A stretch of DNA of 64,000 bases, taken from NCBI RefSeq assembly GCF_056746865.1, contig NZ_CM163382.1; one strand, 5' to 3'. Positions within the stretch are counted from its first letter, which is position 1. Each line of letters starts with the position of its first letter. The notes under the pieces are model-generated. The model saw only the letters and a program-made list of their open reading frames with translations. It was not told the origin of the DNA and did not search any database. Positions 33,102-46,676 of the stretch are shown here, piece by piece. The translations under genes were made by a program, and so were the position numbers.

Positions 33102-35360
33102 TTACTCTTCGCTATCACCGCTGCTGGCACGGCGAGGAGAGTCGATCTCAACACGATCGATACGCTGCAAACCGCGCATCAACGTACCGCGGCGTCCACG
33201 TTCGCCAGTGACTTTCTGTAACTCTTCCGGGCGCAGTTTAATTTTGCGTTTCCCAACATGAATGGTCAGCGTGCTTTGCGGCGGCAGAACGTACAATTGC
33301 GCCAGACCATCTTCTCCACGCGCGGCTTCTGCCGATGGAATGTTGATAATCTTGTTGCCTTTGCCCTTCGACAGCTGCGGCAGATCACTTACCGGGAACA
33401 TCAACATACGGCCTGCCTGAGTGATTGCCAGCAGCATATCGGAAGCATCTTCAATCACCACCGGCGGCATAACATGGGCATTTTCCGGTAAGGTGATCAA
33501 AGCCTTACCTGCACGGTTACGCGCCACCAGATCGTTAAAGGTGCAGACGAAACCGTAACCCGCATCGGAAGCCATCAGCAGTTTCTGATCGTCGCTTTCC
33601 ATCAGCATATGGTCAACGGTCGCCCCAGGCGGCAACGTTAATTTGCCGGTGAGCGGCTCGCCCTGACCACGCGCCGACGGCAGCGTAATCGGGTCAATGG
33701 CATAGCTACGACCGGTGGAATCAACAAACACTACCGGTTGGTTGCTCTTACCTTTCACCGCCGCTTTGAAGCTATCACCCGCTTTATAATTCAGGCCCGG
33801 CGCGTCGATATCATGGCCTTTAGCGCTGCGTACCCAGCCCATCTGCGACAGCACAATGGTGACAGGTTCAGACGGCAGCATGTCGTGCTCGCTCATCGCT
33901 TTCGCTTCTTCGCGTTCCTGCAACGGCGAACGACGATCGTCACCGTAGGCTTGCGCGTCTGCCTGCAGTTCTTTCTTCAGCAGGTTATTCATTTTACGCT
34001 CGGAAGCCAAAATGCCCTGCAACTGGTCGCGCTCTTTTTCCAGTTCACTCTGCTCACCGCGAATCTTCATCTCTTCCAGTTTGGCAAGATGACGCAGTTT
34101 CAGTTCGAGGATCGCTTCCGCCTGGGTTTCCGTAAGGCCAAACCGCGACATCAGCGCCGGTTTCGGTTCATCTTCATTACGAATGATCTCAATCACTTCG
34201 TCGATATTGAGAAACGCCACCAGCAAACCTTCGAGGATATGCAGGCGCTTGAGGACTTTCTCCAGACGATAGTTCAGTCGGCGGCGCACGGTATCGCGGC
34301 GGAACACCAGCCATTCGGAGAGGATTTCCAGCAGGTTTTTCACCGCCGGACGACCATCCAGACCGATCATATTAAGGTTAATACGATAGCTCTTTTCCAG
34401 ATCGGTGGTAGCGAAGAGGTGGTTCATCACCTGATCCATATCCACGCGGTTGGAACGCGGCACAATCACCAGGCGGGTCGGGTTCTCGTGGTCAGATTCA
34501 TCGCGCAGATCGTCAACCATCGGCAGCTTTTTGTTGCGCATTTGCGCAGCAATTTGCTCCAGTACGCGCGCACCTGAAACCTGATGCGGCAATGCGCTGA
34601 TAACCACCGCGCCATCTTCTTTCTTCCACACCGCGCGCATACGCACTGAACCACGTCCGTTCTCGTAGATTTTACGGATCTCGGCGCGCGAAGTGATAAT
34701 TTCCGCTTCAGTCGGATAATCCGGCCCCTGCACGATATCCAGCAGCTGATCGAGCGTGGTTTTCGGCTGGTCGATTAATGCGATTGCCGCCTGAGCCACT
34801 TCACGCAGGTTATGCGGTGGAATATCGGTCGCCATGCCGACGGCAATACCGGTGGTGCCGTTAAGCAAAATGTTTGGCAGACGGGCAGGTAGCATTTTCG
34901 GCTCCTGCAAAGTGCCGTCGAAGTTTGGCACCCAGTCAGCCGTCCCCTGCCCCAGCTCGCTCAATAGCAGCTCGGAATATTTCGACAACCGGGATTCGGT
35001 GTAACGCATTGCCGCGAACGATTTCGGATCGTCCGGCGCGCCCCAGTTCCCCTGACCATCAACCAGCGGATAACGGTAAGAGAACGGTTGCGCCATCAGG
35101 ACCATCGCTTCATAACAGGCGATATCGCCGTGCGGATGGTATTTACCCAGTACGTCACCGACGGTACGGGCCGATTTTTTAAATTTGGCGCTGGCATTCA
35201 GGCCCAGTTCAGACATCGCATACACAATGCGGCGCTGAACAGGTTTCAGACCATCACCAATAAACGGCAACGCACGGTCCATGATCACGTACATGGAGTA
35301 GTTTAAGTAGGCGTTTTCCGTAAATTCATGTAGCGCAAGGCGCTCTGCCATATCGCTCAT
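33102..35360 (-). CDS. parC: DNA topoisomerase IV subunit A
   Basis: 752 aa. Confidence 0.95.
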   Translation of the reverse strand: MSDMAERLALHEFTENAYLNYSMYVIMDRALPFIGDGLKPVQRRIVYAMSELGLNASAKFKKSARTVGDVLGKYHPHGDIACYEAMVLMAQPFSYRYPLVDGQGNWGAPDDPKSFAAMRYTESRLSKYSELLLSELGQGTADWVPNFDGTLQEPKMLPARLPNILLNGTTGIAVGMATDIPPHNLREVAQAAIALIDQPKTTLDQLLDIVQGPDYPTEAEIITSRAEIRKIYENGRGSVRMRAVWKKEDGAVVISALPHQVSGARVLEQIAAQMRNKKLPMVDDLRDESDHENPTRLVIVPRSNRVDMDQVMNHLFATTDLEKSYRINLNMIGLDGRPAVKNLLEILSEWLVFRRDTVRRRLNYRLEKVLKRLHILEGLLVAFLNIDEVIEIIRNEDEPKPALMSRFGLTETQAEAILELKLRHLAKLEEMKIRGEQSELEKERDQLQGILASERKMNNLLKKELQADAQAYGDDRRSPLQEREEAKAMSEHDMLPSEPVTIVLSQMGWVRSAKGHDIDAPGLNYKAGDSFKAAVKGKSNQPVVFVDSTGRSYAIDPITLPSARGQGEPLTGKLTLPPGATVDHMLMESDDQKLLMASDAGYGFVCTFNDLVARNRAGKALITLPENAHVMPPVVIEDASDMLLAITQAGRMLMFPVSDLPQLSKGKGNKIINIPSAEAARGEDGLAQLYVLPPQSTLTIHVGKRKIKLRPEELQKVTGERGRRGTLMRGLQRIDRVEIDSPRRASSGDSEE

Positions 35361-35497
35361 TAATTCTGATTCCTCAACTTATTCGCCAGCCTTCAAAGGG
35401 GCAATATTGCCGGAGATACTACATTATCTGCCGCGTCGAGTCACAGGAGATCAGCGTGAATAGCGCCGCCGGACGTGCTCCGACGGCGATAAAGGCA

Positions 35498-37105
35498 TCA
35501 ATGTGCCTTGATATACAACTCTTTGCTGTAGACATAATCCTGGGGATTATGCAGCGGAAAACCGCCAACGTAGGGTTTAAGCAGTTTGATTAACGGCTGA
35601 TAGTAGATAGGAATCAGCGGTGCCTGTTGGTTGATGATCACTTCTGCCTGCTGATACAACGCATTACGCTTTGTCGCATCAGTGATCTGCGTGGCCTGGT
35701 TTAGTAAGGCGTCATACTGCGCATTTTTCCAGTGACCGACGTTTTCTTCACTATCGCTTTTGAGCGTGTTCAGGAAGCTGGAAGCATCATTGTACGTCGC
35801 ATCCCACGACTGCCGAGACAGCATGAAATCACCGGCTCGTCGGGCATCAAGATAGGTTTTCCACTCCATTGTGCGCAGCGTCACCTGTGCACCCAGCCAT
35901 TTTTTCCATTCGGAAGACAACGCTATCGCGGTCTTTTCATGCAGATCGTACTTGTTGTAGAACAGCTCAAAGCGTAGCGGATGAGAGGCGTCGTATCCCG
36001 CCTGTTTCAGCAAGGCTTTTGCCATCGCGACGCGCTCACTCATTGGCTTTTGCAGTTCATCGAACGTCGTCGCGCTAAAGCCTTTTACCTCTGGCGGCGT
36101 CAGCGTGGTTGCGGGCGTTCTCAACCCCAGTACCTTTTGCGCAATAAGCTGTCGATCAACCGTAAGATATAGCGCCCGACGCACTCGCACATCGTTAAAT
36201 GGCGGTTTCTCAAGGTTGAAGTTGTAATATTCGCTGTTCAGACGCGGAATAATTCGTAGCTCGCCAGGCAGTGATTTTTCAATGGCGGGAATTTGCTGCG
36301 CCGGAACCCAGGTGAGATCGACCTCTCCCGCGCGATAGCGGTTATAGCCGGTGACCGAATTATCTAGCGCCAGATACTCAACCTGTTGCAATACTGTATG
36401 TTGCGCATCGCGGTACTTTGGATTTTTGCGTGCAGTAATCTTTTCGTTAACTACCCACTGATCAAGCACAAAGGCACCGTTGTAAACCATGTTCTCTGGC
36501 TTACTCCAGCTATCGCCATGTTTAGCGATGACATGATGAGGAACCGGGAACAGCGTCGGCCAGGCGAGCATCGTCGTGAACCAAGGAACCGGCTGCTCAA
36601 GCGTAACTTCAAGAGTACGATCATCCGTCGCTTTGACACCCAGCGATGTAACATCTGCTTTACCCGCAACAATAGCTGCGGCATTGTTAATGTGCGCCTG
36701 TGCCAGATAGCCAGCAAAAGGGCTTGCCGTTTTCGGGTCAACCGCGCGCTGCCAGCCGAGGACAAAATCCTCTGCCGTCAGAGGCTGACCGTCGGACCAC
36801 TGCAAACCGCTACGCAGATGGAAAATATAGCGCTTGCCGCCGTCCAGTATCTCCCAGCGTTCAGCCTGAGCGGGCTGCACCTGGCCTTCACCGTCCATCC
36901 ATACCAGACCTTCAAACAGATCCAGCACAATCTGCGCGGCAGTATTCTCCTCCACCTTTTGCGGGTCGAGCGTACCTGGGTCGCTATGATTGTTGTAACG
37001 AAAGACTTGTTGCGGGGCGAGCGGTGTGTTGGCGGGAACGTCAGCAGCGTAGAGAGGAGCCGCACTTACCAGGCTGACCAGCCATAATAAATTTCGCGTA
37101 TACAT
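35498..37105 (-). CDS. ygiS: Periplasmic solute-binding protein (oligopeptide ABC family 5)
   Basis: 535 aa from ATG at 37105 (MYTRNLLWLVSL...) with signal peptide. Confidence 0.85.
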   Translation of the reverse strand: MYTRNLLWLVSLVSAAPLYAADVPANTPLAPQQVFRYNNHSDPGTLDPQKVEENTAAQIVLDLFEGLVWMDGEGQVQPAQAERWEILDGGKRYIFHLRSGLQWSDGQPLTAEDFVLGWQRAVDPKTASPFAGYLAQAHINNAAAIVAGKADVTSLGVKATDDRTLEVTLEQPVPWFTTMLAWPTLFPVPHHVIAKHGDSWSKPENMVYNGAFVLDQWVVNEKITARKNPKYRDAQHTVLQQVEYLALDNSVTGYNRYRAGEVDLTWVPAQQIPAIEKSLPGELRIIPRLNSEYYNFNLEKPPFNDVRVRRALYLTVDRQLIAQKVLGLRTPATTLTPPEVKGFSATTFDELQKPMSERVAMAKALLKQAGYDASHPLRFELFYNKYDLHEKTAIALSSEWKKWLGAQVTLRTMEWKTYLDARRAGDFMLSRQSWDATYNDASSFLNTLKSDSEENVGHWKNAQYDALLNQATQITDATKRNALYQQAEVIINQQAPLIPIYYQPLIKLLKPYVGGFPLHNPQDYVYSKELYIKAH

Positions 37106-37237
37106 GGTATTCCTTACCGGAGAAATTATAAGCCCAACAACAATACGCCTGTGGCATTGTTCGCTCAAACTTATCGCGAGTGATTTGGCTCACACTCCGG
37201 TAAAGAAAAAAGCGAGTTGCCCCCGCTTTTCCATTAA

Positions 37238-37633
37238 TTAACGGATTTCATTCAATAGTTCTGGATGCTTATCCAGAACACGTAAAAGTTTGATTGTGGA
37301 AGGATGAGGTTGGGCATTGCCTTTTTCGTAACGCGAAAACGCATTTACACCTCCCCCAAAAATTTCGCTTGCCTCTTTTTGGGTAAGAGAGAGCTTTTTT
37401 CGAACCTTCACTATAAATTCAGGTGCCACTGTTTCGGCATTCACCGAAGCCCGAAATGCCTTTACTTGCGCCATGAAAGCATCTGACTCTTCTTTATTCA
37501 TGATGCTCTCTTCGCAATGGACACAATATAAACCGTGGATACCTTTCAATACTGTTTTTCGTCCACGGAAGGTGTATGGAATATCTTTAATGCCAGAAAC
37601 CATTTCTCCCTGGTGGCAAACCGGACATTTCAT
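37238..37633 (-). CDS. mqsA: Antitoxin MqsA (zinc-binding N-domain, HTH-XRE C-domain)
   Basis: 131 aa; CPVCHQ...CVHCEE zinc site. Confidence 0.95.
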   Translation of the reverse strand: MKCPVCHQGEMVSGIKDIPYTFRGRKTVLKGIHGLYCVHCEESIMNKEESDAFMAQVKAFRASVNAETVAPEFIVKVRKKLSLTQKEASEIFGGGVNAFSRYEKGNAQPHPSTIKLLRVLDKHPELLNEIR

Positions 37634-37634
37634 A

Positions 37635-37931
37635 TTACTTCTCCTTAAACGAGACGATCAGTACGTCATGAATTACCGTAATTTTAAGATAAACCTGGCC
37701 TGTAACAAGCCTGGGTCTGTAAACATCCTGCCAGATAGTATGATCAGAGTAGGTGGTCATGCTTTTATAAAAGTCGCTCTCTGATAATCCAATGATAACA
37801 TTACACATACCATCAAAATCCAAACCTAACTCATCTGCATTTAACAGGGCACTACGTGTTGTACGAACTTGCCCGGCATTGACAAGTTTTTTAACCTGAC
37901 TCAAACGTGTATGTGGTGTGCGTTTTTCCAT
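37635..37931 (-). CDS. mqsR: Toxin MqsR (RelE-like mRNA interferase)
   Basis: 98 aa; 1-nt gap to mqsA. Confidence 0.95.
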   Translation of the reverse strand: MEKRTPHTRLSQVKKLVNAGQVRTTRSALLNADELGLDFDGMCNVIIGLSESDFYKSMTTYSDHTIWQDVYRPRLVTGQVYLKITVIHDVLIVSFKEK

Positions 37932-37961
37932 AACCCCCGCCTCCCTGTTACTTTAGTTATA

Positions 37962-38004
37962 ACCTAAAAGGTTAATTACAGCAATGAAAAAGCACCTAAA
38001 AGGT
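37962..38004. promoter_or_regulatory. Two MqsA operator palindromes (acct-aaaa-ggt) in the mqsRA promoter
   Basis: acctaaaaggt at 37962-37972 and 37994-38004, immediately upstream of mqsR. Confidence 0.7.
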
Positions 38005-38135
38005 TAGTTAGATGTACGGAGATAGTGACCACACAAAACGTATTCTTTAAGGAAAGTGATTGACCATATAAGAAAGTGGCGCATTAGTAGCGCCAGTTTG
38101 AAGCAGGAATTTATAAGGGAAGCTGGAGTCAGGCA

Positions 38136-38618
38136 TCACGCCAACGGCACATAAACATCCGTTTCCAGTCGCTGCTCTGTCACCCCTTCGGCAAGATTGG
38201 TGTAGTGAAACAGAATCGGTGCTTTACGCATTTTCTCGCCGCTTGCAGGCAGCCAGTGGCGAATGATGCCCCATACCGTGTGTGAAATATCGTCCAGCTC
38301 GCCAACGTGGCGGGCCACGGCATAACGTCCACCGGTAAGTTCACCATTGCTCACACCATAACGATTATCGGGAATCGGTTCGCTAACGCTGCCGCAGATA
38401 TCAAAGCGAAACGCTTCCGGTGCGGTGGTGGCAGGGTCGTCCCAGGCGACGCCAAAAGTCTGGCTTTGGTTAACAGGAGAAAGCCCCGTCTCTTTACGCC
38501 ACATGATAAATTTCGCCACGCTGTAGTTGAGCAATTCAGGGCTACAGCGGTGCGGCAACATCGCCACAGGTATTGATGGGAAATCGATAATGTTTACATC
38601 CAGTGTCAGGTTTGTCAT
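38136..38618 (-). CDS. ygiV: GyrI-like/AraC effector-domain transcriptional regulator
   Basis: 160 aa. Confidence 0.85.
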   Translation of the reverse strand: MTNLTLDVNIIDFPSIPVAMLPHRCSPELLNYSVAKFIMWRKETGLSPVNQSQTFGVAWDDPATTAPEAFRFDICGSVSEPIPDNRYGVSNGELTGGRYAVARHVGELDDISHTVWGIIRHWLPASGEKMRKAPILFHYTNLAEGVTEQRLETDVYVPLA

Positions 38619-38670
38619 TTTGCCTCCCTGCGAAATTATTCCCGGGAACGCGTCCCGGGAGCGGTAACAA

Positions 38671-39063
38671 TTACGGATTTACTTTGCGGATCTGTTTGAC
38701 GTCAATTTCAACAGAATTCCAGTCTTTATCGACTTCACCCTGAATCTCAACCGTATCTTTCGGCGTCACCGTCACGCCGTTCCAGCGTTTGTGGTCGATA
38801 TCAACATTGATAGTACCGCTGGCATCTTTGAACACGTAGAGATCGTCAGAGATGCGTTCAACGATATTGCCGCGCAGGGTTACCCAGGTGTCGTCACGCA
38901 GGGATTTTGCGCTTTCTACAGTCGTTACGCTGCCGTTCGGCCCCTGGAATCCTCCGGCCTGACTTTGCGTTGCCGATGGGCCAGAAAAACCGCCCTGCTC
39001 TGCTGCCATCACCGGTGCGCTGCACAGGGCCATTACTGCGATTACTGCTGCGAATTTTTTCAT
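38671..39063 (-). CDS. ygiW: Periplasmic BOF (OB-fold) family stress protein
   Basis: 130 aa from ATG at 39063 (MKKFAAVIAV...). Confidence 0.85.
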   Translation of the reverse strand: MKKFAAVIAVMALCSAPVMAAEQGGFSGPSATQSQAGGFQGPNGSVTTVESAKSLRDDTWVTLRGNIVERISDDLYVFKDASGTINVDIDHKRWNGVTVTPKDTVEIQGEVDKDWNSVEIDVKQIRKVNP

Positions 39064-39214
39064 GTTTATTACTCCCTTTAATGTCTGTTTCCGAGCATTT
39101 AACAAGATAGTCCTTAACAACTTCTTAAGGGAAAAAAATAAAATTTAGTGCTGTACAGAGCGCGTTACAACACGGTTTACTGGCAGCAAATACGGTTATC
39201 GCAGGGATGAAAAA

Positions 39215-39874
39215 ATGCGAATTTTACTGATAGAAGATGACATGCTGATTGGCGACGGCATCAAAACGGGCCTTAGTAAAATGGGTTTTAGCGTCGACTG
39301 GTTTACACAAGGTCGTCAGGGAAAAGAGGCGCTTTATAGCGCACCTTATGATGCGGTGATCCTGGATTTAACCTTACCAGGCATGGATGGTCGCGATATT
39401 TTGCGCGAATGGCGAGAAAAAGGTCAGCGTGAGCCGGTACTGATCCTGACCGCGCGCGATGCGCTGGCGGAACGTGTAGAAGGGCTGCGTCTGGGAGCTG
39501 ACGATTATCTGTGTAAACCTTTTGCGTTGATAGAAGTCGCCGCCAGGCTGGAAGCTCTGATGCGCCGAACCAACGGCCAGGCCAGCAACGAGCTGCGCCA
39601 CGGTAACGTCATGCTCGACCCCGGCAAACGTATCGCCACGCTGGCTGGCGAACCCTTAACACTGAAACCAAAAGAATTTGCCCTGCTGGAATTACTGATG
39701 CGTAACGCTGGTCGGGTACTGCCGCGCAAACTGATTGAAGAGAAACTGTATACCTGGGACGAAGAGGTCACCAGTAATGCCGTTGAAGTGCATGTGCATC
39801 ATCTGCGACGCAAACTCGGTAGTGATTTTATTCGTACCGTGCATGGTATTGGTTACACATTAGGTGAGAAATGA
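39215..39874 (+). CDS. qseB: Two-component response regulator (OmpR family)
   Basis: 219 aa. Confidence 0.95.
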   Translation: MRILLIEDDMLIGDGIKTGLSKMGFSVDWFTQGRQGKEALYSAPYDAVILDLTLPGMDGRDILREWREKGQREPVLILTARDALAERVEGLRLGADDYLCKPFALIEVAARLEALMRRTNGQASNELRHGNVMLDPGKRIATLAGEPLTLKPKEFALLELLMRNAGRVLPRKLIEEKLYTWDEEVTSNAVEVHVHHLRRKLGSDFIRTVHGIGYTLGEK

Positions 39875-41220
39875 AATTTACCCAACGTCTTAGTCTGCGC
39901 GTCAGGCTGACGCTAATCTTTTTAATTCTGGCCTCGGTGACCTGGCTGCTTTCCAGCTTTGTCGCCTGGAAACAAACAACGGATAACGTCGATGAATTGT
40001 TCGACACCCAACTGATGCTGTTTGCCAAGCGGTTAAGTACGCTCGATCTCAACGAAATCAACGCGGCGGATCGCATGGCACAGACGCCAAATAGATTAAA
40101 ACACGGTCATGTTGATGACGATGCGCTGACCTTTGCCATCTTTACCCACGACGGCAGAATGGTCCTTAATGATGGCGATAACGGAGAAGATATTCCCTAT
40201 AGCTATCAACGGGAAGGTTTTGCTGACGGGCAACTGGTCGGTGAAGACGATCCTTGGCGTTTTGTCTGGATGACCTCACCTGATGGCAAATATCGCATCG
40301 TTGTTGGCCAGGAATGGGAATACCGTGAAGACATGGCGCTGGCGATTGTTGCCGGGCAATTGATCCCGTGGCTGGTCGCACTGCCGATTATGTTAATCAT
40401 CATGATGGTACTACTGGGTCGTGAACTCGCGCCGCTGAACAAACTGGCGCTGGCACTACGTATGCGTGACCCTGACTCGGAAAAACCACTAAACGCGACT
40501 GGCGTACCCAGCGAAGTGCGGCCACTGGTTGAGTCGCTAAATCAACTGTTCGCCCGCACACATGCGATGATGGTTCGTGAACGACGCTTTACCTCCGACG
40601 CAGCTCACGAACTTCGTAGCCCGTTAACGGCGCTGAAAGTGCAAACCGAAGTTGCGCAGCTCTCTGACGATGATCCGCAGGCGCGGAAAAAAGCACTGCT
40701 CCAATTACATTCCGGGATCGATCGCGCTACTCGTCTGGTTGATCAACTGCTCACGCTATCGCGGCTGGACTCACTGGATAACCTTCAGGACGTCGCGGAG
40801 ATCCCGCTTGAAGATCTCCTGCAATCGTCGGTGATGGATATTTACCACACGGCGCAGCAGGCGAAAATTGACGTGCGACTGACACTCAATGCCCACAGCA
40901 TCAAACGCACCGGGCAACCGCTATTGCTAAGTTTGTTGGTGCGAAATTTGCTGGATAACGCCGTGCGCTACAGTCCACAGGGCAGCGTGGTAGACGTCAC
41001 GCTGAATGCTGATAATTTCATCGTGAGGGATAACGGCCCCGGTGTGACACCAGAGGCACTGGCGCGAATTGGCGAACGCTTCTATCGCCCACCCGGACAA
41101 ACCGCTACCGGCAGCGGGCTTGGGCTATCGATTGTCCAGCGAATCGCCAAATTGCATGGCATGAATGTTGAATTTGGGAATGCGGAACAAGGTGGATTTG
41201 AGGCGAAGGTAAGCTGGTAA
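39871..41220 (+). CDS. qseC: Two-component sensor histidine kinase
   Basis: 449 aa; H-box HELRSPLT; 4-nt overlap with qseB. Confidence 0.95.
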   Translation: MKFTQRLSLRVRLTLIFLILASVTWLLSSFVAWKQTTDNVDELFDTQLMLFAKRLSTLDLNEINAADRMAQTPNRLKHGHVDDDALTFAIFTHDGRMVLNDGDNGEDIPYSYQREGFADGQLVGEDDPWRFVWMTSPDGKYRIVVGQEWEYREDMALAIVAGQLIPWLVALPIMLIIMMVLLGRELAPLNKLALALRMRDPDSEKPLNATGVPSEVRPLVESLNQLFARTHAMMVRERRFTSDAAHELRSPLTALKVQTEVAQLSDDDPQARKKALLQLHSGIDRATRLVDQLLTLSRLDSLDNLQDVAEIPLEDLLQSSVMDIYHTAQQAKIDVRLTLNAHSIKRTGQPLLLSLLVRNLLDNAVRYSPQGSVVDVTLNADNFIVRDNGPGVTPEALARIGERFYRPPGQTATGSGLGLSIVQRIAKLHGMNVEFGNAEQGGFEAKVSW

Positions 41221-41229
41221 CTTCTCTGT

Positions 41230-41266
41230 CTATGAGAGCCGTTAAAACGACTCTCATAGATTTTAC
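41230..41266 (+). terminator. Rho-independent terminator after qseC
   Basis: ctatgagag...ctctcatag hairpin then attttact. Confidence 0.6.
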
Positions 41267-41598
41267 TAATAGCAAAATATAAACCGTCCCCAAAAAAGCC
41301 ACCAACCACAAACCAGACAAATACCGAGCGAGAATACATATACCCAAAACTCGAACATTTCCCGCATAAAGAGTTTTCTTAAGATAAGAATAATAAGTGG
41401 CGTAAGAAGAAAAAATGCTGCAATCATTGCTTGCAATATACGATCTTCGCCTGAAACGGAAGGTATACTGCAAATATTTCCTCCCGACTCAAGCATCCAG
41501 TCATACTTATTGAAAGCAAAAAAAGAATCTATTAACCAATAAGTAAGCATTATATATAGCAATGCTTCAAATATTGTTTTAATTTTCTGCTTTAACAT
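41266..41598 (-). CDS. ygiZ: Small inner membrane protein
   Basis: 110 aa hydrophobic ORF in AT-rich context. Confidence 0.75.
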   Translation of the reverse strand: MLKQKIKTIFEALLYIMLTYWLIDSFFAFNKYDWMLESGGNICSIPSVSGEDRILQAMIAAFFLLTPLIILILRKLFMREMFEFWVYVFSLGICLVCGWWLFWGRFIFCY

Positions 41599-41925
41599 AT
41601 ATCAGTACGCTCATAAAAATCCATTTATAATTATCAACATGACACGTTGATACTTTCATCTTTTACTTATTCAAAGCCATATTTTCAATCCCCAAAAAAA
41701 CCGAACCAAACGTGTAAATTATTCCGGTGCGAGTAAGAATTGTAAGAATTATGAGGAATGGCTATCAGTATTGTCATTTTCAGAAAATATTTATCCTGCA
41801 TCGGTGAGTCAGAGTAAGATCAGACTTTTGCTAAATTCGCAAAAGACTTTGCACATTTTGCTAATTTCACCGTACCGCTCTGTGACGTACTATAGTCGGC
41901 AAACGTCTCACCTTGAGGTTAAAAA

Positions 41926-42507
41926 ATGAGCAACATCCTGATTATCAACGGCGCGAAAAAATTCGCCCACTCCAATGGTCAACTGAACGACACCCTGACC
42001 GAAGTCGCGGATGGCACACTGCGCGACCTTGGGCATGATGTCCGCATCGTTCGCGCCGACAGCGACTACGATGTCAAAGCGGAAGTACAAAACTTTCTCT
42101 GGGCTGATGTGGTGATCTGGCAGATGCCAGGCTGGTGGATGGGCGCGCCGTGGACAGTGAAAAAATACATTGATGATGTATTCACCGAAGGTCACGGGAC
42201 GCTGTATGCCAGCGATGGTCGTACCCGCAAAGATCCGTCGAAAAAATACGGTTCCGGCGGCCTGGTACAGGGCAAAAAATATATGCTTTCTCTGACCTGG
42301 AACGCACCAATGGAAGCCTTCACCGAAAAAGATCAGTTCTTCCACGGCGTTGGCGTTGACGGTGTGTATCTGCCGTTCCATAAAGCAAACCAATTCCTCG
42401 GTATGGAACCGCTGCCGACATTTATCGCTAATGACGTGATAAAAATGCCTGATGTTCCCCGCTATACTGAAGAATATCGCAAGCATCTTGTGGAAATTTT
42501 TGGTTAA
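41926..42507 (+). CDS. mdaB: NADPH:quinone oxidoreductase (flavodoxin-like)
   Basis: 193 aa. Confidence 0.95.
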   Translation: MSNILIINGAKKFAHSNGQLNDTLTEVADGTLRDLGHDVRIVRADSDYDVKAEVQNFLWADVVIWQMPGWWMGAPWTVKKYIDDVFTEGHGTLYASDGRTRKDPSKKYGSGGLVQGKKYMLSLTWNAPMEAFTEKDQFFHGVGVDGVYLPFHKANQFLGMEPLPTFIANDVIKMPDVPRYTEEYRKHLVEIFG

Positions 42508-42537
42508 CTAGAGCTCAGGCTTTAGAAGGAGTTAACC

Positions 42538-42852
42538 ATGCTTACCGTAATCGCAGAAATCCGTACTCGTCCTGGTCAACATCACCGTCAGGCGGTATTG
42601 GATCAGTTTGCTAAAATCGTTCCAACCGTACTGAAAGAAGAAGGTTGCCACGGCTATGCGCCAATGGTGGATTGCGCAGCTGGCGTGAGTTTCCAGTCTA
42701 TGGCACCGGATTCTATCGTGATGATTGAGCAGTGGGAAAGCATCGCGCATCTTGAAGCGCATCTGCAAACCCCGCACATGAAGGCGTATAGCGAAGCCGT
42801 AAAAGGTGACGTGCTGGAGATGAATATCCGTATTCTGCAGCCAGGGATTTAA
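42538..42852 (+). CDS. ygiN: Quinol monooxygenase (ABM domain)
   Basis: 104 aa. Confidence 0.9.
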   Translation: MLTVIAEIRTRPGQHHRQAVLDQFAKIVPTVLKEEGCHGYAPMVDCAAGVSFQSMAPDSIVMIEQWESIAHLEAHLQTPHMKAYSEAVKGDVLEMNIRILQPGI

Positions 42853-42899
42853 TCCTGCCTTGTTTGCCCGGCCATCCTGACCGGGCAATGTTCTTTCCT

Positions 42900-44795
<1,896 letters not shown>

Positions 44796-44820
44796 TTAAG
44801 TTAGCAATTCGAGTTGATCG

Positions 44821-45402
44821 TCAGAGATGGTGCAGACCAAGAAAATCGACGATCGGGTTGAAATAATCTTCGAAGCCCGTGAATGCGTGGTTGCCGCCTT
44901 CTATGACAGTCTGGCGGCAGGAAGCGTAGTACGCCACCGCCTGGCGGTAATCCAGCACTTCATCTCCCGTCTGTTGCAGCAGCCAGATCAAATCCGGCGC
45001 TTCCAGCGGGTCAATCTGCATGACTTTGAGATCGTAAATATGGCGTGACTCTAGCACATATTGCTGCCCGGTGTAGGGGTTCTCGTTCTGACCGAGATAG
45101 TCCGTCAGCAGTTCAAACGGGCGTACCGCCGGGTTTACCACCACTGCGGGCAGCATAAAACATTGCGACAACCAGGTGGCGTAATATCCCCCCAGTGACG
45201 AACCGACAATACCCAGCGAATCGCCGCCATGTTCCAGGACAATGGATTCCAGCAGTTCTGCCGCATCGGAAGGATACGGCGGCAACTGCGGAATGATCAT
45301 CTCTACGTCAGGGTGATGTTCCGCCAACCAGTTTTTTAACAAGCTCGCTTTTGCAGAGCGCGGCGAGCTGTTGAAACCGTGTAAATAAAGAAGCGTAGAC
45401 AT
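44821..45402 (-). CDS. yqiA: Alpha/beta-hydrolase esterase
   Basis: 193 aa. Confidence 0.9.
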   Translation of the reverse strand: MSTLLYLHGFNSSPRSAKASLLKNWLAEHHPDVEMIIPQLPPYPSDAAELLESIVLEHGGDSLGIVGSSLGGYYATWLSQCFMLPAVVVNPAVRPFELLTDYLGQNENPYTGQQYVLESRHIYDLKVMQIDPLEAPDLIWLLQQTGDEVLDYRQAVAYYASCRQTVIEGGNHAFTGFEDYFNPIVDFLGLHHL

Positions 45403-46229
45403 CAGTAGCCTTCTGAAGCGGTATCAGGTTGGAAACGTGTGTCCGCCAGGCGATGCACCTCGGTGGTCAGCGTGCCATCAGCATGTAACTCGAGAGTACG
45501 CCAGCCGGGCGCGATGGTGTCCAGCGTAAAGTTGGAACAGTGCTGCTTAAACTGCACACAGGTCGACGGCGTTGCCAGCAGGCGGCGACCGTTCCAGTCG
45601 AGATCCAGCTCCTGATGAATATGACCGCACAGCAAGTATTTGACGTGCGGAAACTTCGCCAGCACGGTATCCAGTTCGCCCGCGTTACGCAGGCTGTGTT
45701 GATCAAGCCAACTACAACCCGCAGGTAGCGGATGATGATGTAGCAGCAGCAACGTATGGCGTTCTGGCGCATCGGCCAGTTTACGTTCCAGCCACTCAAG
45801 CTGAAACTCGCTCAGCTCACCGTGCGGCACGCCAAACACCTGGCTATCCAGCAACAGGATTTGCCATTGCTCACCAATAAACACCCGCTTCGCCGGGGAG
45901 ATACCCGCATCCTGTAACGCGCTGTACATCGCGGGCTGGAAATCGTGGTTGCCCGGCAGCCAGACGCAGGGCGCACGAAAACTTGCGATGCCTTCAGCGA
46001 AATGCTGATAGGCCGCAGAGGATTGATCCTGCGCTAAATCACCTGTCGCGACAATCAGGTCGAATTCGTGCTGGTGTGGCCGAATCGCCTCCAGCACCGC
46101 CTGGTAGCTTTCCCAGGTGTTTACCCCCAACAGGGCTTCGTGCTTTTGCGCAAACAGGTGAGTGTCGGTAATTTGTAAAATCCTGACTCTGGCCTCACCA
46201 GCCAGAGGAAGGGTTAACAGGCTTTCCAA
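45402..46229 (-). CDS. cpdA: 3',5'-cyclic AMP phosphodiesterase (metallophosphatase)
   Basis: 275 aa; GDLAQD and GNHD metallophosphoesterase motifs. Confidence 0.95.
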   Translation of the reverse strand: MESLLTLPLAGEARVRILQITDTHLFAQKHEALLGVNTWESYQAVLEAIRPHQHEFDLIVATGDLAQDQSSAAYQHFAEGIASFRAPCVWLPGNHDFQPAMYSALQDAGISPAKRVFIGEQWQILLLDSQVFGVPHGELSEFQLEWLERKLADAPERHTLLLLHHHPLPAGCSWLDQHSLRNAGELDTVLAKFPHVKYLLCGHIHQELDLDWNGRRLLATPSTCVQFKQHCSNFTLDTIAPGWRTLELHADGTLTTEVHRLADTRFQPDTASEGY

Positions 46230-46253
46230 ATGGTGTCCTTAGGTTTCACGACG

Positions 46254-46676
46254 CTAATAAACCGGAATCGCCATCGCTCCATGTGCTAAACAGTATCGCA
46301 ACCAGTCCGCTAAAAACTGATTAATTTGATGCTTTTCGTCGCGTTGATGCAACTTTTTATTAGGATAATCATACCGCGCTTTGAAGCGAAAAATCTGCTG
46401 GCTTGAACACACTTCAGCCACCATCGCGTCATGATACAGACGCACCGTCATTGACGGAAGGCTCCAGTAACTGATCGCGGGCGCAGTCTGTTCTATTGTC
46501 ACCAGGGTAGTGTATCGGGTCGATTCCACAATCGTCAGCCGATATTGTGCGTTTGCCACCTGATAGCTTACAGTTTCGCCGGGTGCGTCATTGCGCGGTA
46601 ACAAACGGCGCAATTGTGAAAAGTTCATCTCGCACAGGCGCATCATTTCAGGAAAGTCAGGTGTGTAACGCTTCAT
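46254..46676 (-). CDS. yqiB: DUF1249 family protein
   Basis: 140 aa. Confidence 0.85.

Noticed and set aside
33738-34577. 279-aa plus-strand ORF
   Set aside because: Antisense to parC; shadow ORF.
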